Below are positions 37,710 through 51,275 of a stretch of DNA of 64,000 bases, in pieces. Source of the DNA: Haplodiscus bocki. Its lineage: Eukaryota. The first letter of the stretch is position 1, and the number at the start of each line of letters is the position of its first letter. Position numbers and translations under genes: made by a program. The notes beneath the pieces are model-generated. The model searched no databases. It was not told the origin of the DNA and saw nothing but the letters and a program-made list of their open reading frames with translations. The stretch is from contig OZ296649.1 in assembly GCA_965655095.1 (NCBI GenBank), positions 97,216,001 to 97,280,000 of the forward strand, given 5' to 3'.

Positions 37710-38722
37710 ATTACCATGACCAGACGCCTGCTTCAAGAAGTCTCTGCTTCGACCTCGACTGTGGACAGCCTCAAGGACATCATGCTGGGGCCCCCCAGCC
37801 AACGGTACCAGGCTCGTGGTAACAACACTGTGACGCCCCTCAACTGCCCATTAGTCTCCACGCCGGTAGACGCAACCTCAATTCCGGAAACTCCCGGAAT
37901 CGTTTCGGCATCACATGGAAACAAACAGAAACTGAGCCACTGAGATGACCAAAAACCTGCAATGTTGATTAGGGAGCAAGAAACTCTCAAGAACAGCCGT
38001 GAGAAGACTCTTCGGTGTTCGCTTTGTCCGACTCTTCTTCTACTCAACATCTTCTTCCGAAGTCGGCGAGCCAATCTCAAACTCAGAATCAAACACGTCT
38101 GTCCGGGGCAATCCAGGCTCATTGGAATGAACCACTGGTTCACCGGAGCCTTCATACACTAACACACAACAGCTTCACGAAGTCATCTTCATGTTTCAGC
38201 GCGCGCAGCACAACTAGTTTAGAAAAATTCAGTCACTGGCAACAAAAGGAATTGTAAGAGCAAGGCTAATGGTAAAAGATGAAGATTTGAAAGCTCACAT
38301 TGTGGAAGGTGAGCGGTGTCAACGACACCCTCGGACACAATCTTCTTCGCCAGTCTCTCTCGACGAAAGACTTCTGAGAGCGTGAATCCCCCAGACTCAT
38401 ACCCAAAGACCCCAGACTCGTCAACGCCATCAACAACATCAACGTCCTCATCTTCGTCCTCCATATTTGCCTCAGAGCCAGCTTCGGCCTCGCACACACC
38501 ACTTACTTCGTTTTGTCCCTCTGGACCTCTCACAGGACTCTCCTCCCCTCTTTCTCCAGCAACTTTCTCTACGGGGACATCAAAAGGGGAAGGGGAAACA
38601 GCAGCTTGAACAGCTGACTTATAGTCCGCTTGGGACGAACAAATCTCCTCAAGCAAGAGGACGCTCTCTTCAGACATACTTCGGAATTCAATTCGAAGAA
38701 CGTGGCTAATAAGCCACTGCAT
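37710..38722 (-). pseudogene. Upstream antisense exons / second antisense gene of element B (acidic, low complexity)
   Basis: ORF 38219-38722 with EDEDEDVDVVD; candidate 63-nt intron GTGAGC...CCAG at 38236-38298; ORF 37733-38155. Confidence 0.4.
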
Positions 38723-39089
38723 GGTGGATTTCTAGCTTCATTCATGAAAGTCATTATTATTTTAGTTTTTACCCTGAGCGATTTGTCTGCCAGCAATGAC
38801 GTCATCATAATATTTTCATGGATACATTGAGGGAAGGAACTCACAATTCTTCATTTTTCACTTTTCCACTGTCGTTCCTTGATTTGTTTACAAGTCATCA
38901 ACTTCAGCTATACCACCAACTACTTGCTCTCAGCAATTAGAATGCTACCGCCGGAACTTCAAAGCATCTCCCGCCTGGCCAGGCATGCCGACTAACTTTT
39001 GTTTGTATTATCATTTCTTCAAGTAACTTCATCAAATTCAACAGCTCATATTACCTCCCAAACTTCCTTGTCTCCAATAAATTATCGCG

Positions 39090-39756
39090 ATGAACCCACT
39101 TCTCTCTTTGGATTCATCATCTACAGAATCAGATGTTTTTTATGTGGTGCGCTCATCGGAAGAAGGTAGCCCTATCAGAAATACCTTGGCAGTCCTCAAT
39201 TCTACGGAACTATCAGGAGCTGTGGCAGTGAGACAATCACAATTTCCTCCGTTGCCTCTCCGGAACCACGAATTGTGATGGTAGGTTCAGACTCTAACGA
39301 ACCCACAATTCCATATGGTTTTGGCAGTCAACATCCAATTGTGCCACCCAGCCTCAATGATTTCAACATGCCGCCCAACCCATTCAATGTGTTGACTACT
39401 ATGGCCGTGGTCGATTGCATGAGGAATACAGCCCCCAATCACCGGAGCCATCCATCCCGTCTCCAATTTCGACGCCCCCAATGTATGTGAGTACCATTGA
39501 AGGCTGGGAGACAACGCGCACAACAACGGACATTGCCACATTCTATACTGACGATGAGCCCACACGAATCTTTTGGGATGTTTCTTCAAGCCACACTTTT
39601 AACACCAATGAGCCAAGAAATGTATCTGTCGCTTCGAGCCCTTCCTGCATACCGCCGCGTCCACGACAACAAATAAGGAAGCTGAGGATGGGGATGTCTT
39701 TTCACAGAAAAGAGGAATGTCGCAGCACAGCTGCGAGGCATGCGGCTAACACTTAG
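39090..39756 (+). pseudogene. Ser/Pro-rich sense ORF crossing the PPT into the 3' LTR of element B
   Basis: Three overlapping ORF pieces (39090-39278, 39275-39490, 39415-39756) of similar S/P/T-rich composition, consistent with one frameshifted ORF. Confidence 0.4.
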
Positions 39757-41375
39757 CAGGCAAAAAGACAACACGATGCCCAGGAGAAACGCAGACATTA
39801 TATACATTTAAAAAGAATCTAACTATATATAGACCATGTACTTTTAACTGTTGTGCATATATACGGATACGTATAAAATACGTATCCCTGCCAATGCACA
39901 TATATATGGGTAAGTATTTATACGGAACCAAACTGAGCCGGACTAGGACGGAACCGCTGCGGAACAAACAAGTATTCTTGGAGTATTATTAACCTAAAAG
40001 GTGCTTTTTCTATATTAATATACTTGTTCAATTAATAAACATTAACCCGACCTTTTCAATGGAATCTGACAGTTAGATTGATTGCAAGAAGTGCAGTTTA
40101 AGTAGAAAGTACGGTTAAATCGATGCTATAAGCACAACAACTGGTTTGAATTATTTTGACTATCGGAGTGAAAATTTGATCCGTACGTGTTCCGTCTTTA
40201 CTAGTCTGGTGACGTCACTAAAATTATTTCTATTACGCCGTCCTTTAGTGAATACGGAATCATTCCGGAATCACTCCTCCTTTGAGCACAGACTACTACC
40301 ACTACTAGTGAACACGGAAAAATCCGGAAACCACTAGTTGGTTGCTACTCATACGAATGAGGAGTAAACTAGTAGTGCTACTAGTTTCTCCTCATTTCCA
40401 AAGAGTAAAGATTTATGAATTGTTACTAATACTGATGAGGTGAGTACGAGGGTGATGAGTGTTTATATTTTCTGTATTATCCTTAAATTTAAAGTCACGA
40501 ATTCTGTATGTTTTACTTTTAATTTATTTCACTTTTTTAACTGGGGAAATATTTTGCTTTTTTTCAATTACGGAATGTACTTTTTAGACTGTAAACAGAA
40601 CGTCGGTCGAAAAATGGAAAATGCGCGTCCTATGAAGGAAGAAATGGATGGAAAGGTTGTTTAATTACCCTGCCAGAGTCGGCATTTTTAACTTTGATGC
40701 CACATTTTAGAAAGTACTTTTCCTGTTTGTACCTTGAATTGGAGTTTGAACAATTTTGTTTCTCGCCAGAAAAAGGTATAAAAAGTACAAATGAAAGTAA
40801 AAGTTTAGAGTTTTTTGAGGAACACTTAACTTGAGGAACACTTATCTTTTTTCTGTAGCACTGACGATTTTTAACCAGTATTTACTCATTTGTATTTCCA
40901 CTACTGCAAACTGTAACCACCAATCTGATTTTCCCTCCACGAAAAAACAATCAATTACTTATCACTGAAAACATGTTTCCCGTAGAAATGGCAAATTGAA
41001 ACAAAAAGAAAATAGAAGCCTTAAACAAAAAAAACTGTGAGGAACATCCCAGGAGCAACTTGAGAAAAAACTCGAATGTTTATTGATCACAGGAGTTCTA
41101 CATAACTAAAGTTTCTGAGGAAAATGAGGAAAGAGTCACTAAAAAGTTGTCACACGAATTCAGCAGAACGGAAAACCGCATACTAGATGCATTGGCACGT
41201 CTTGATGACTTCCTCACAAACCAGCAAATTCAGGGCCACTCCGGAACCGCTCCGGAACATTTTTAGTGTAAACGAAGTTGCGAATAAGGATGACTCCCAG
41301 AGTAACCCTCATCCTGGAGCGGGCATCTTTAACAACCAGATGACACAAAATCTGGCCCAGAAGATGACAACGACA
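39718..41375 (+). repeat. 3' LTR of element B
   Basis: TGTCG...CGACA, preceded by the PPT; direct repeat of 26318-28048. Confidence 0.92.
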
Positions 41376-42899
41376 TTTACTTTTTCCTATCTTTTCAGGA
41401 CAAAATTTCTACTTAAGAATATAGTTTTTACTTCAACAGCACCCTGAGAGTAAACGCAAAAAAAAGTCTATTGAATGTAGTTTCGACGAAGTTTTTCCGG
41501 TTAGGTTTTCAAAATTGTTTGAAAAACTTATAGGAAAGTTTGTGAAACTTTGTAAATGGAACAGATAAGGCGAAAAGATGAAACACGAGACTGAGAAGAG
41601 ACGTTATTATGAGATAAAAGAAAGCATATCAGATCATAACTTCAGATTATCATCTGCTTTTAGAAGTCAGACAAAACAAAGTTTCAAAATAAAACAAAGT
41701 CCGAAAAAAGATGAATTTACTCACTTGTTCGCTCAGAAGATTTCCTCAAAAATGATTACATTCACAGAAGATTTGACAGCTGAGAATCAAAGTTCAATTG
41801 GGCACTGTGAACATAATTCTCCATGCTCAATTTTATCTCTTTCCGATGAAAATTAAATGAGAAAATGTTTCAATTGGATTATTTTACGTCCAAGGCTGAT
41901 GAAATATTTTTTTTGAACTGAAACAAAGTAGATCATCAATTATATTTTTTGAGGGAACTAAGGCTCATCAATTTTTCAAACTGAATAAGTAAAAACAAAT
42001 CCTTTAATTTTGTGTTTCATTCAAAATAATCTGAGTTACATTTTAGTCTTCAAAATTGTTATTAATTAGACATTTAGATGTTGTTTTACGTTTCCTCGTA
42101 CACCGTTGGTCAGTAATGTACCAAACATGAACATTGATAGTTGTTATTTCACCTCTGTAAGTGTCAATTTTCGGAGTTAGATTCGAAAACAGATTATCTA
42201 AAGTGTAAAAACAAAGAGAAAAGTGGAAACTTTTGAGTTTTCATTCGAAATTGGTAGTATTTGTACACTAATAAAGGATATTACATCATTTCTGAGTCAA
42301 CGACGGTCGATGTTTTACGATCCCTGCTTATGGATAGTCAGATTTTCAACGTGTTGGGATCAAAATTTGCCTATCAGTATACTCAGATTTAGTGTTGAAC
42401 AACCAAAGCAAAAACATTACAATCTTTACGTTTTTATCTTCCCTCATTTTTCTATGTTCTAACATTTGATTCATTTCTTTTCTATTCAACAAATGACTTT
42501 TAAAAAAGGGAAAGATATCCACAAAGAAATGAAGAAATTTGTGTATTATTTCTGAGAGAAATGAGAAAAAATACAAGGGTATAGGTGGTGTTATACTTAT
42601 AGGAATAGCCTAATTGTTGTGATAAACTTATTAATTAGATCTTTTCAGGGATTTGATGCGGAGGTGGCAGTTGACACTCCAGATCGTTTGATTCCTATAT
42701 TTACTTCTCGGTTTTGCCATAGTACTATCGGTATTGCCGTAGTACTATCGGTATTGGCGTAAAAACATGGAGAAGTTTCCAATACCCTACTATAATATTC
42801 TCAACCCTCAAGACACAAAGTACAACAACAGGCCACCTTGATAGGTTCCAAAAACGTTTTGTATTGATATAAATTGGTTGCAAACATTATTTCTACAAT

Positions 42900-43654
42900 A
42901 TGGTCAAAAAAGGCAAAAAAAGTTCAACAAAAACCTGTCTATGCTCTACATGCTCTGCTGAATTATCAGACAATTCCAATTCCATATGTTGCGATTCGTG
43001 TAATAACTGGCATCATGGGTCTTGTGTGAACTTATCTGCTGAAAATATTTCTTTCCTTGGGAGTAGTAATAACCTTTTTGGAAATGCAACAGTTGTATTT
43101 CCATTAAGGTTACGCCACTTAAAACACTGGAAGCGAAAATTGACTCCGTCCTATTCAAACTAGAAGAACCCAGACCTGAAATACAACCAGCTCAACCCTC
43201 AAAACCTATAGAAGTATTACAAAACAATAAATATGATCATCACTATAGAGTTCGTATTTCCGGAATTAGTGAAAGCAAAGAAAAATCATTTATTGATAGA
43301 CAATTTGCTGATAAAGAAAAAGTGGAAGAAGTCTTCAAAAAACTAAATGTCAATTGTCCAATTATCGAAACAAACAGACGTGGTAAATTCATTGAAGATC
43401 GCCAAAGAAAACTAATAGCTACTTTCTCATCACCATGGGATGGGCGTTTAGTAATATCTAGTGCAATTCAGAAAAAATTATTTGAAACCGATAAAATTCT
43501 TATTACAACGGATTTATCGCCATCAGATCTTGCAATAGAAAGAAAACTATTATCAAAGCGCTATGAACTGATATCCAATGGTGTGCCAAAAGAAACTCTG
43601 AAAATACGTTACTTGAAACTTTATCAAGGCAATAAAGAAGTAAACGTCGACTGA
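42900..43654 (+). pseudogene. LINE ORF1 with N-terminal PHD finger (one frameshift near 43080)
   Basis: CSTCSAELSDNSNSICCDSCNNWHHGSCVNL (PHD) and RISGISE...RRGKF...RKLIATF...ITTDLS (L1/CR1 ORF1-type RRM/CTD). Confidence 0.85.
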
Positions 43655-46430
43655 CTAAATAAAGAAGCAAAATGTCTTTTAATCAATTGTCCGAGCCTTC
43701 CCTCACTTAATCGTCGCTTATCGTTACTATCAAAGGTAAATTTAATATCCGCCGACATTGTTTTGTGCACCGAAACTTGGCTCGATGAAAATTTTACACA
43801 AAATATTTTTCCTGACGACAATTATTCAATTATAAATCGTTCCGACAGATATAGTGGTTCACACGGCGGTGTATTGGTTCTGTCTAGAAAATGTTTAAAA
43901 GTGCGCAAAATATCTCTAAATGGCGATTTTATGTGCTCAGTTATCTATAACAATGTACTTATTATTACCATATACAATCCACCCCTTACCAGTGATTTTC
44001 GCATCAAAGATATTATTCTGACAGAGAATATCGATACAACTATTTCCAAAGCCAAATGTGTCAACTTTATTATTTTTGGTGATTTTAACATGCCAAAAAT
44101 CGATTGGAACAGCATGACTGAAAGCACAACTTCAGAGTAACTCTTATTCCTCGAAATGTTAACTAATAACGGCTATGAACAAATTATTACTTCGCCCACC
44201 CATCAATCTGGAAATATTCTCGACTGTGTGTTTATAAATTATGGGTCAACGCATTTTACAATAGATGAAAATTCATTTTCCGATCACTATTTTGTTGAGT
44301 TCGACATTCCGAGAACACACCCTTCATGTGACTCTACATCTCAGCCTATACTTTCCCTTAAACCAGATTACCCAATAATAAATCAGTGTATCGGATCTAA
44401 TTTACTCTCATCTTTTATACCTGATACGACTGCCTCTTATTCCCACCGGATTGGAGAATTAACCTCCATTATTCAACCCTTCTTCAAACGTAAGCGGCAA
44501 AGAAGAACCCAATTTCCTAGCTTTTACAGTTCGCACACTATTCACATGCTCAACAAGCTCCATACTACACACAGAAGAATCAATCGACAACCAACGTATA
44601 TTACCACACCATCAGTTCAAATATCAACCACCAATGTACTACAATCTATTGCTCTTGATACCCATATATTCATTGAAAAATTTGCAGACGCGAATCTGAA
44701 CTTTAATGATTGCTATAAACTGATCAATTCTTTCCAACGCAGCAATAAATTACCAGCTTGTATGACTCCAAACGATGAAATCCTAATTGATGATCTTAAT
44801 AAAGCGAATGGTTTCAACAAACATTTTTGCAGTGTTTTTAAGAGAGATGGTCTACCATTTTCTGATTTCTCTGAAAATACCCTAAACAATATTGAATTCA
44901 CAATTCAAGACGTCGATAAGGCTCTACGACAAACAAAACGTGGTTCTAGTACAGATGCTTTTAATGGTGATTTCATCTTACAGACTTCTAATGCACTGGG
45001 TATCCATTACCATAATTTATTAAAGAATTTGTTAAAACACTCATATTGGCCAAATGAATGGAAGCAAGCTATAATAACACCCCTTCATAAATCTGGTAAT
45101 ATCGAATGGATATGTAAATATAGACCAATTTCTTGTTCATTAAAATTATCAATAGTATTTGAGCGCTTACTGTTCAACAAGTTATATGATTTCTTCTCCC
45201 CCCAACTATCCGGCTCCCAATTTGGTTTTATGAGACGCAAATCCACGGTGCTACAACTAATAATTTATTTGCAGGCTATCTACAATAACGTTGACACAAA
45301 TACAGATTGTTATGCACTTTATCTCGATTTCTCAAAAGCATTTGATAGCGTATCTCACGCGACGTTGCTCGAAAAATTACGCCTTTTTGGTATTGGAGGA
45401 TCTTTGCTAAGGTTGCTATCGAGCTACCTAACAAATCGCCTTCAATGCGTTAAACTCAACAATATTATATCAGCGTCATTACCAGTCACCAGTGGTGTGC
45501 CTCAGGGATCGGTTTTGGGTCCACTCCTATTTTTGGTTTTTATCAACGACCTGCCAATCCAAGTATCGCACTCAAAAACATTCCTGTATGCCGATGATCT
45601 TAAGCTTAATCATAACAACCTTGTAGAATTGCAAAATGTTATATTAGCACTTTCTCAGTGGTCACAGGTAAACAAATTATCATTCAATGCCAAAAAGACA
45701 CAGCTCATTTCATTCGATTTTCGGTCTCAAGACTGCATCACAGATAATCCAGTTCTTATCCTGGATGACCATGAAATATTTCTTGAAAAAAGCGTGGTTG
45801 ATCTTGGTCTATTTTTTTCAAGCAACTTAGCTTGGTCAAAACACATATCTGATCGTCTAAAGGCATGTTACATTAGAATTATATCCCTAAGAAGATGTCT
45901 ACCGCTGCATTTACATAGCCAAACCAAGACTAAATTGTATAAGACCTATATTTTGCCAGAATTACTTTACGGGTCACAAGTTTGGTCCCCGAATCGGAAA
46001 GACCTATCTAAATTAGAACAGTTCCAGAAAAACGTCTCAAAGTGGATATGCAAGGGTGCTACATACAAGACTAGATTAATCTCGTCCGGTTTACTTCCTA
46101 TAAATCTTCTCCTGAAAATAAACGATCTGCTATTTCTCAACCGAATCCTAAATGGCATGTATGATTTTGATTTTCATAACTTTTTATCGATCATTTACCC
46201 CTGTGACAGTTTTTACTACAACACTAGATCTACCCTGAAGCCCGTTCTCAAGGTTAAATCAACTCGTACAAAACAGGCCGACAATCACTTTCCAGCGAAT
46301 TGTTCCCCTGTCAAACTGGTTGATGAAGGAGCACAATGTCGACTCTTTCGTTGAGCCTAACATCTTCAAACCTCGAGTGAAACAGTTGTTCAAACGCTTA
46401 TTTGCATCAGTTGAATATGTTTTATAATTT
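43655..46430 (+). pseudogene. LINE ORF2: apurinic-like endonuclease plus reverse transcriptase
   Basis: EN motifs TETWL, GDFNMP, ILDCVF, SDH. RT motifs YLDFSKAFDSVSH, SGVPQGSVLGPLLF, YADD. One stop at 44138 and a probable late frameshift near 46290. Confidence 0.92.
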
Positions 46431-49400
46431 TTAGTTTGTCATTTTGTTTAATTTTTAGTCCATACGATTAGTAATAAAGTCTTACATACATACATACATA
46501 CATACTTGTCTCAATTGTTCAACACTATATCTGACTATCTATTGCTTTGAACCTGCTACTAACCGTTATGCCTATAGAGCTTTCAATCAACCAACACAGC
46601 CTACTTTTCTGAAGGGCGGCCAAGCTTTACTACAATCGACATTTTGCATATATGGATTGTGAAACTACCAAAAATGCGATTGAAACATTGCAAAGGAAAC
46701 TCGATTTTTCACTTGGAATAAAACGAGTTTTTGGAACGCGGCTATATTATTACAAGAAAACCGGAACAATTTCTAGCGAAAATTGCTAAGTGCCGTGAAG
46801 ATTGGCCTGTACAAGTAGAGCATTGGACCGTTGAACAAAGAAACATATGATTCTGCTTTTGAAAAAACAGTTGGAATTTCTTCAGCAGAAAGCTATCATA
46901 GCTTTGTTAGAGTTTCCTATAAAGTGGCGAAACTTACACAAAAATGCACCATGAAGCACGAGCATGAACTACCGATTTGCATTAAATTTCAGCCAAGAAA
47001 GTTTTGAACCACGTCCAGGAAAATTAAAGTTGACCGAGATTAAAATGGATCTAAATCTCAGCAGGAATAGATGCCCAGCAACAGAAAAACAAAAAGGGTT
47101 GAACTGATAACTTTCTTCGGTCAGTTTTTCATATAGGAAAATTCCGGCGAATGGATTGTCTTCAAGAACAGAACATCCCGTCTCACGAATTGAACCTCTC
47201 AGAGCAAATAATCCGGGTTGCGTATGAAAAAAGTTTGATATTATGTCAAGGGGACCAGAAAGCCTGCATCCTAGGATTCTATGGCAAATAAGATAGAAAT
47301 AGCTTCCACTCCGAGCTTTTTTGAACAATCATGAGAAAACCGTGAAATTTTTGACAATGTTTTTGTGCTAAAGGCAGCGATAGACGAAAAAGTAAAAAAA
47401 ACTTCTGAACAATTACAGACCTGTGAGCTTGACCTCTGGAGAATATCTTCTTTAGACTGCAAAATTAAACTCAGAGATGTGGAGTGAGAACAAGCAGAGA
47501 GCAATAGAAGGCATCAAACTCTACTTCTGCGATCACCTTGCCAGGAAAACAGAAATAGTTAATAGGATGGTCGCACTAATGAAAAATTTTTATCATCGTT
47601 ACCAAGGACATTGTAGAACCCTTGACAAAGTTTCGGCGAGGGAACATCCTGAATACGCAAATAAGACTTAGAACCATCATCTGAAAATAAAAACGATTAT
47701 TTCACGCTTGACAATGTACGGCGGGACGGTGATCCACCAAGCTGATAGCAACACTGAGGAAGATGAGGTCCCTGAGAGACTCAGCTTTGAAGCTCCACAG
47801 TCTAGAACACAATAGGCAACGTGAACGCATGATACAAGTATTCAAATTTTTAAACAGAGTATTACTGCGCAACCAATTATGAAATGTTCATTGAACTCAA
47901 AGCATCGCTACTATAACGAACTGGAACTCACCACCGGAAGCTATAATACTCCGTGACAACATCAACACATTTAAAAAGAGGATGGTATGAACGAAATGAG
48001 GTGCACAAACAATTTAGAATGATATTTTATGAACATAAAATAAAGTTCCACGAAGCGAAAAACTTAAAAGCTAGATTAATTAAACTCATGTGGGAATTTG
48101 TGGAGAAGAAGTTCTCATCTTCAAACGTCTGCACCTGGCAATTGTGTTGCGACTGTCAAAAGTGTAGAAATCTGTGGACGATATTTTAAAAACTCTACCG
48201 GGAGAAATCGCTCCTTTACGGAAATTCACATTAACAACAACAACAACATATGGATGTCCAAGGAAGCAGCTGATCGACTGAGGCCGGACAGCCTCCAGAT
48301 CAGAAATCTCCCTGTGTAATACGCAAATTATGTAATTGGCAGAGATCATCATATTGAGGCTGTTGAGGAAGATTTTTAAATCATCCTCCATTTACCGAAA
48401 GCTTCCAATTGTTGCGAGGGGTGCCGCTCCGAGTCAGTTGAAACTGCACGAAACCTGCACAGGTTCAATTATGGTCAGACAGAAGCCTCAAAACCCTGAC
48501 ACTCATATTTGCTGTTGCGCTTTTCTTTCAGATTCCATGCAATTAGCGCGTTGAATGATGTAGCATCAAAAGCTGTCACTACAAACTACTGTGTCGATTG
48601 TACGAACTGCATCCCTTGGCATTCTACTTATTTTTTCATGGATGGCACTGACGAAAAACAAATCAATTTTGTAGACCCTTCAGACAGCTTTGAGAAGAAA
48701 TTATACGTCTTCATCGGTTGCGTCTTGTTAATATTAGCATGTCTCGCTCTGGGAGTTACTTTTTTCAAATTTAAATTTTGAAATAGCTGATTTGTATTTC
48801 TCTATTGATCTCTTGGTTGCTATCTTTTTCTGATAGATTTTTTAGCTTCAACCTTGTATCCTATGCAATATCCTTTAAATCTTCATCTCTGTTCGAGTTT
48901 CAGTTAATGATGATCTCGGTTTTCCAACGAACGATATCCGTTTTCCAACGAATGATCAGTTTTTCAATATGGTTATGTTCGAGAAATCACAGCTAATGTC
49001 TCACAGCGGGTTAATTACGGTAAGAGCTTTTGTCTATTTTGAATCTCAAGTGTACTTTTTTTTCCGAAGTTTGATGTTGAAAATCAAGTGGTGGCAAGTC
49101 ACAAATAACATGACTTCACCGTGCCTTCTTTTAAATTCGTATCTGGACATTTAGTTCTTCTGATTAAATGTTGCAATTTGAGGTATTTTTAAGCGGAAAA
49201 TCCATATTTTCAGATCTACGACAGTACTGACGTTTGGAGGGCCATAGTACAGGCTTTGTCCGATAAGTCCAACAGTTTGGGAGTCAACTCTACGCATATC
49301 GAATGGAGTACATCGAAACTAATCGAAGATTACATTAGTGCTAACTGTGTCGTTCGTCTCCCAGGGACACGGCCAGGAAGCAACTCCTGCATAGATGTTC

Positions 49401-50183
49401 GCAACATGCTACGAAGAGCTCTCAAATCAGCTCACGAAGAGGGTAAGATTTACGCTTTGTGGACTGAGTATACATTATTTGCATGCGAAAAAGATGCAAG
49501 GGTGGAGCTCATCATTTTTAAATCCCTTCTAAATAGTTTTAGATATGATGATCTTCTATTTGTCGGCGAAAACCTGGAATGCTTACGTCAAAATAATATC
49601 TTTGGTCAAATATCTGTGATATCTTTACGTCAGTAATGCAATTTTCTCAAAAATGCTTTTTAGGCGTCTTTCAAGCATATTTATATATCGAAACCGCATT
49701 TATTAATTTTGAGGAAATATATCCTTTGTATATTAGCGAGTTTTAAAGCCATGCTTGTCTCGTTAGATAATTCTACGCCGTTTTTAATGGCAAATTCGAA
49801 GGTACACTTCTTGACCTCTTGTAGGTGACCTATTGTAGATACACCTCTCGACCTTTTGCCCGACATCTGAAACGTCTGATTGTAACTTGATTGTAGTATT
49901 GTAAACTGCTTATCGCTGACATGGCAATACAGCACTGCTTAAATTCTTACCACTGTTAAACTAGTGATGTGGAACTGGAAACGTTGCTTGAATACAATAC
50001 ATGGTCAGATACAAAACTTCAATCCCGATTATCCGCCTCAAATTTCCGCTTTAAACGTCAAAATTGGAACATTGTAATTTTATAAAATTGTTGTGTTTGT
50101 ATTCTGCATACCACAACTGAGTGTTTTAGAGTGGTATCGTAAATTTTACTAGTAGGTGATGTTTTTCTGCGGAAACAAGAGGG

Positions 50184-50828
50184 TGTCATGTGAAATATCT
50201 GTTTTACATTTTTTGCAGATTTTTTGGTCAATGCAAAGTTATCGAAATATCCGGTTGTGACGTACCTGAAAAATATACGTCATACTGTCCCTTGATAAAA
50301 CTACCAAAAAAATATATACATGAGTGAATGAACTTTGATGAAAGGTCAATGTAACTTGAATATTTATGACTCATGATCAGATTGGAGAAATTGGAAAGGA
50401 AGTGGGCCGAGCAGAACAACACAACACGAGTGCTGAGGAAACATCAGAGATTACCAACAAATACAGCACCCCCTCGCCCAGAAGGAACTAACAACAAAAC
50501 AAACAAATTCTCCTGAATATTTGAACTTTGATATTTGTACGTATATATACATTTCTTCTATATTTAACCATAGTGTTGAGAAAAGTGAGAAATTATAAAA
50601 AACAACAAGAAGAACGAACCAGACCCGAGAACAGTTGAAAAATAATCTTACCTTCATCGCTGTTTTAAATCACCGAGCTGTGAGTAGTAATAAATCAGTT
50701 CCAGTCTGTGGCCATCTAATAAAATCGCGTCTTGAGATACTCACTAAATCAGTGTCCTCCGCTCACCCAAAAGGGGACAAAAATTCTAGACATGGAAACA
50801 AAAACAAGGACATGAGAAGTTCTTGACA
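50184..50828 (+). repeat. 5' LTR of element C
   Basis: TGTCATGT start (same as the element A 3' LTR) and TTGACA end directly followed by TGGTGACAG at 50829. The partner LTR is not in the window. Confidence 0.7.
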
Positions 50829-51275
50829 TGGTGACAGTCGATAATTGATCGGACCAATATCCAACACCTACGGGATTCACTCTACACACAGCTCTCACGA
50901 TACATTGTGATTGACATCAATACACTGTGACAAACACTAACCAAATGGGACATCACTGATGACTATACAAATGCGATGCGGTAACAGAGACGCCTTTCAT
51001 CTAGACGAAATTGCAGCCTGATGACAATATACAGCGTATTCTACATGGAAGGATGATGGTAGTGTGAACACAATAAAGTGCAGATAAACTGTTAGATACA
51101 ACCATATGTTCTGTTTTATTAGTCACCTAAAGCTTAAATATGGTGCTAAAGTGCTTAATTCCTAGTGCTAATTACACTTACTAATCTTATCGGGGTACTT
51201 TGCTCAGCTTACCAGAAAGCTCAAGGCGATCTCTCTAAATCGTTAACGTGATTGACAAAGTGAATAGTGTGAAAA

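Larger units (their letters stand above)
26318..41375 (+). mobile_element. Element B: full-length (15.06 kb) Ty3/Gypsy LTR retrotransposon without env, with 5.7-kb accessory region
   Basis: Two ~1.7-kb direct repeats. The 3' LTR has TGTCG...CGACA termini. PPT AGAAAAGAGGAA at 39706-39717. PBS-like TGGTG at 28049. Near-TSD TTCAC (26313-26317) / TTTAC (41376-41380). Order gag-PR-RT-RH-IN. Confidence 0.92.
42650..46506 (+). mobile_element. Near-full-length CR1/L2-group non-LTR retrotransposon (LINE)
   Basis: PHD-finger ORF1 and APE+RT ORF2; AATAAA followed by a (TACA)n tail at ~46482-46506. The 5' end is approximate. Confidence 0.9.
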
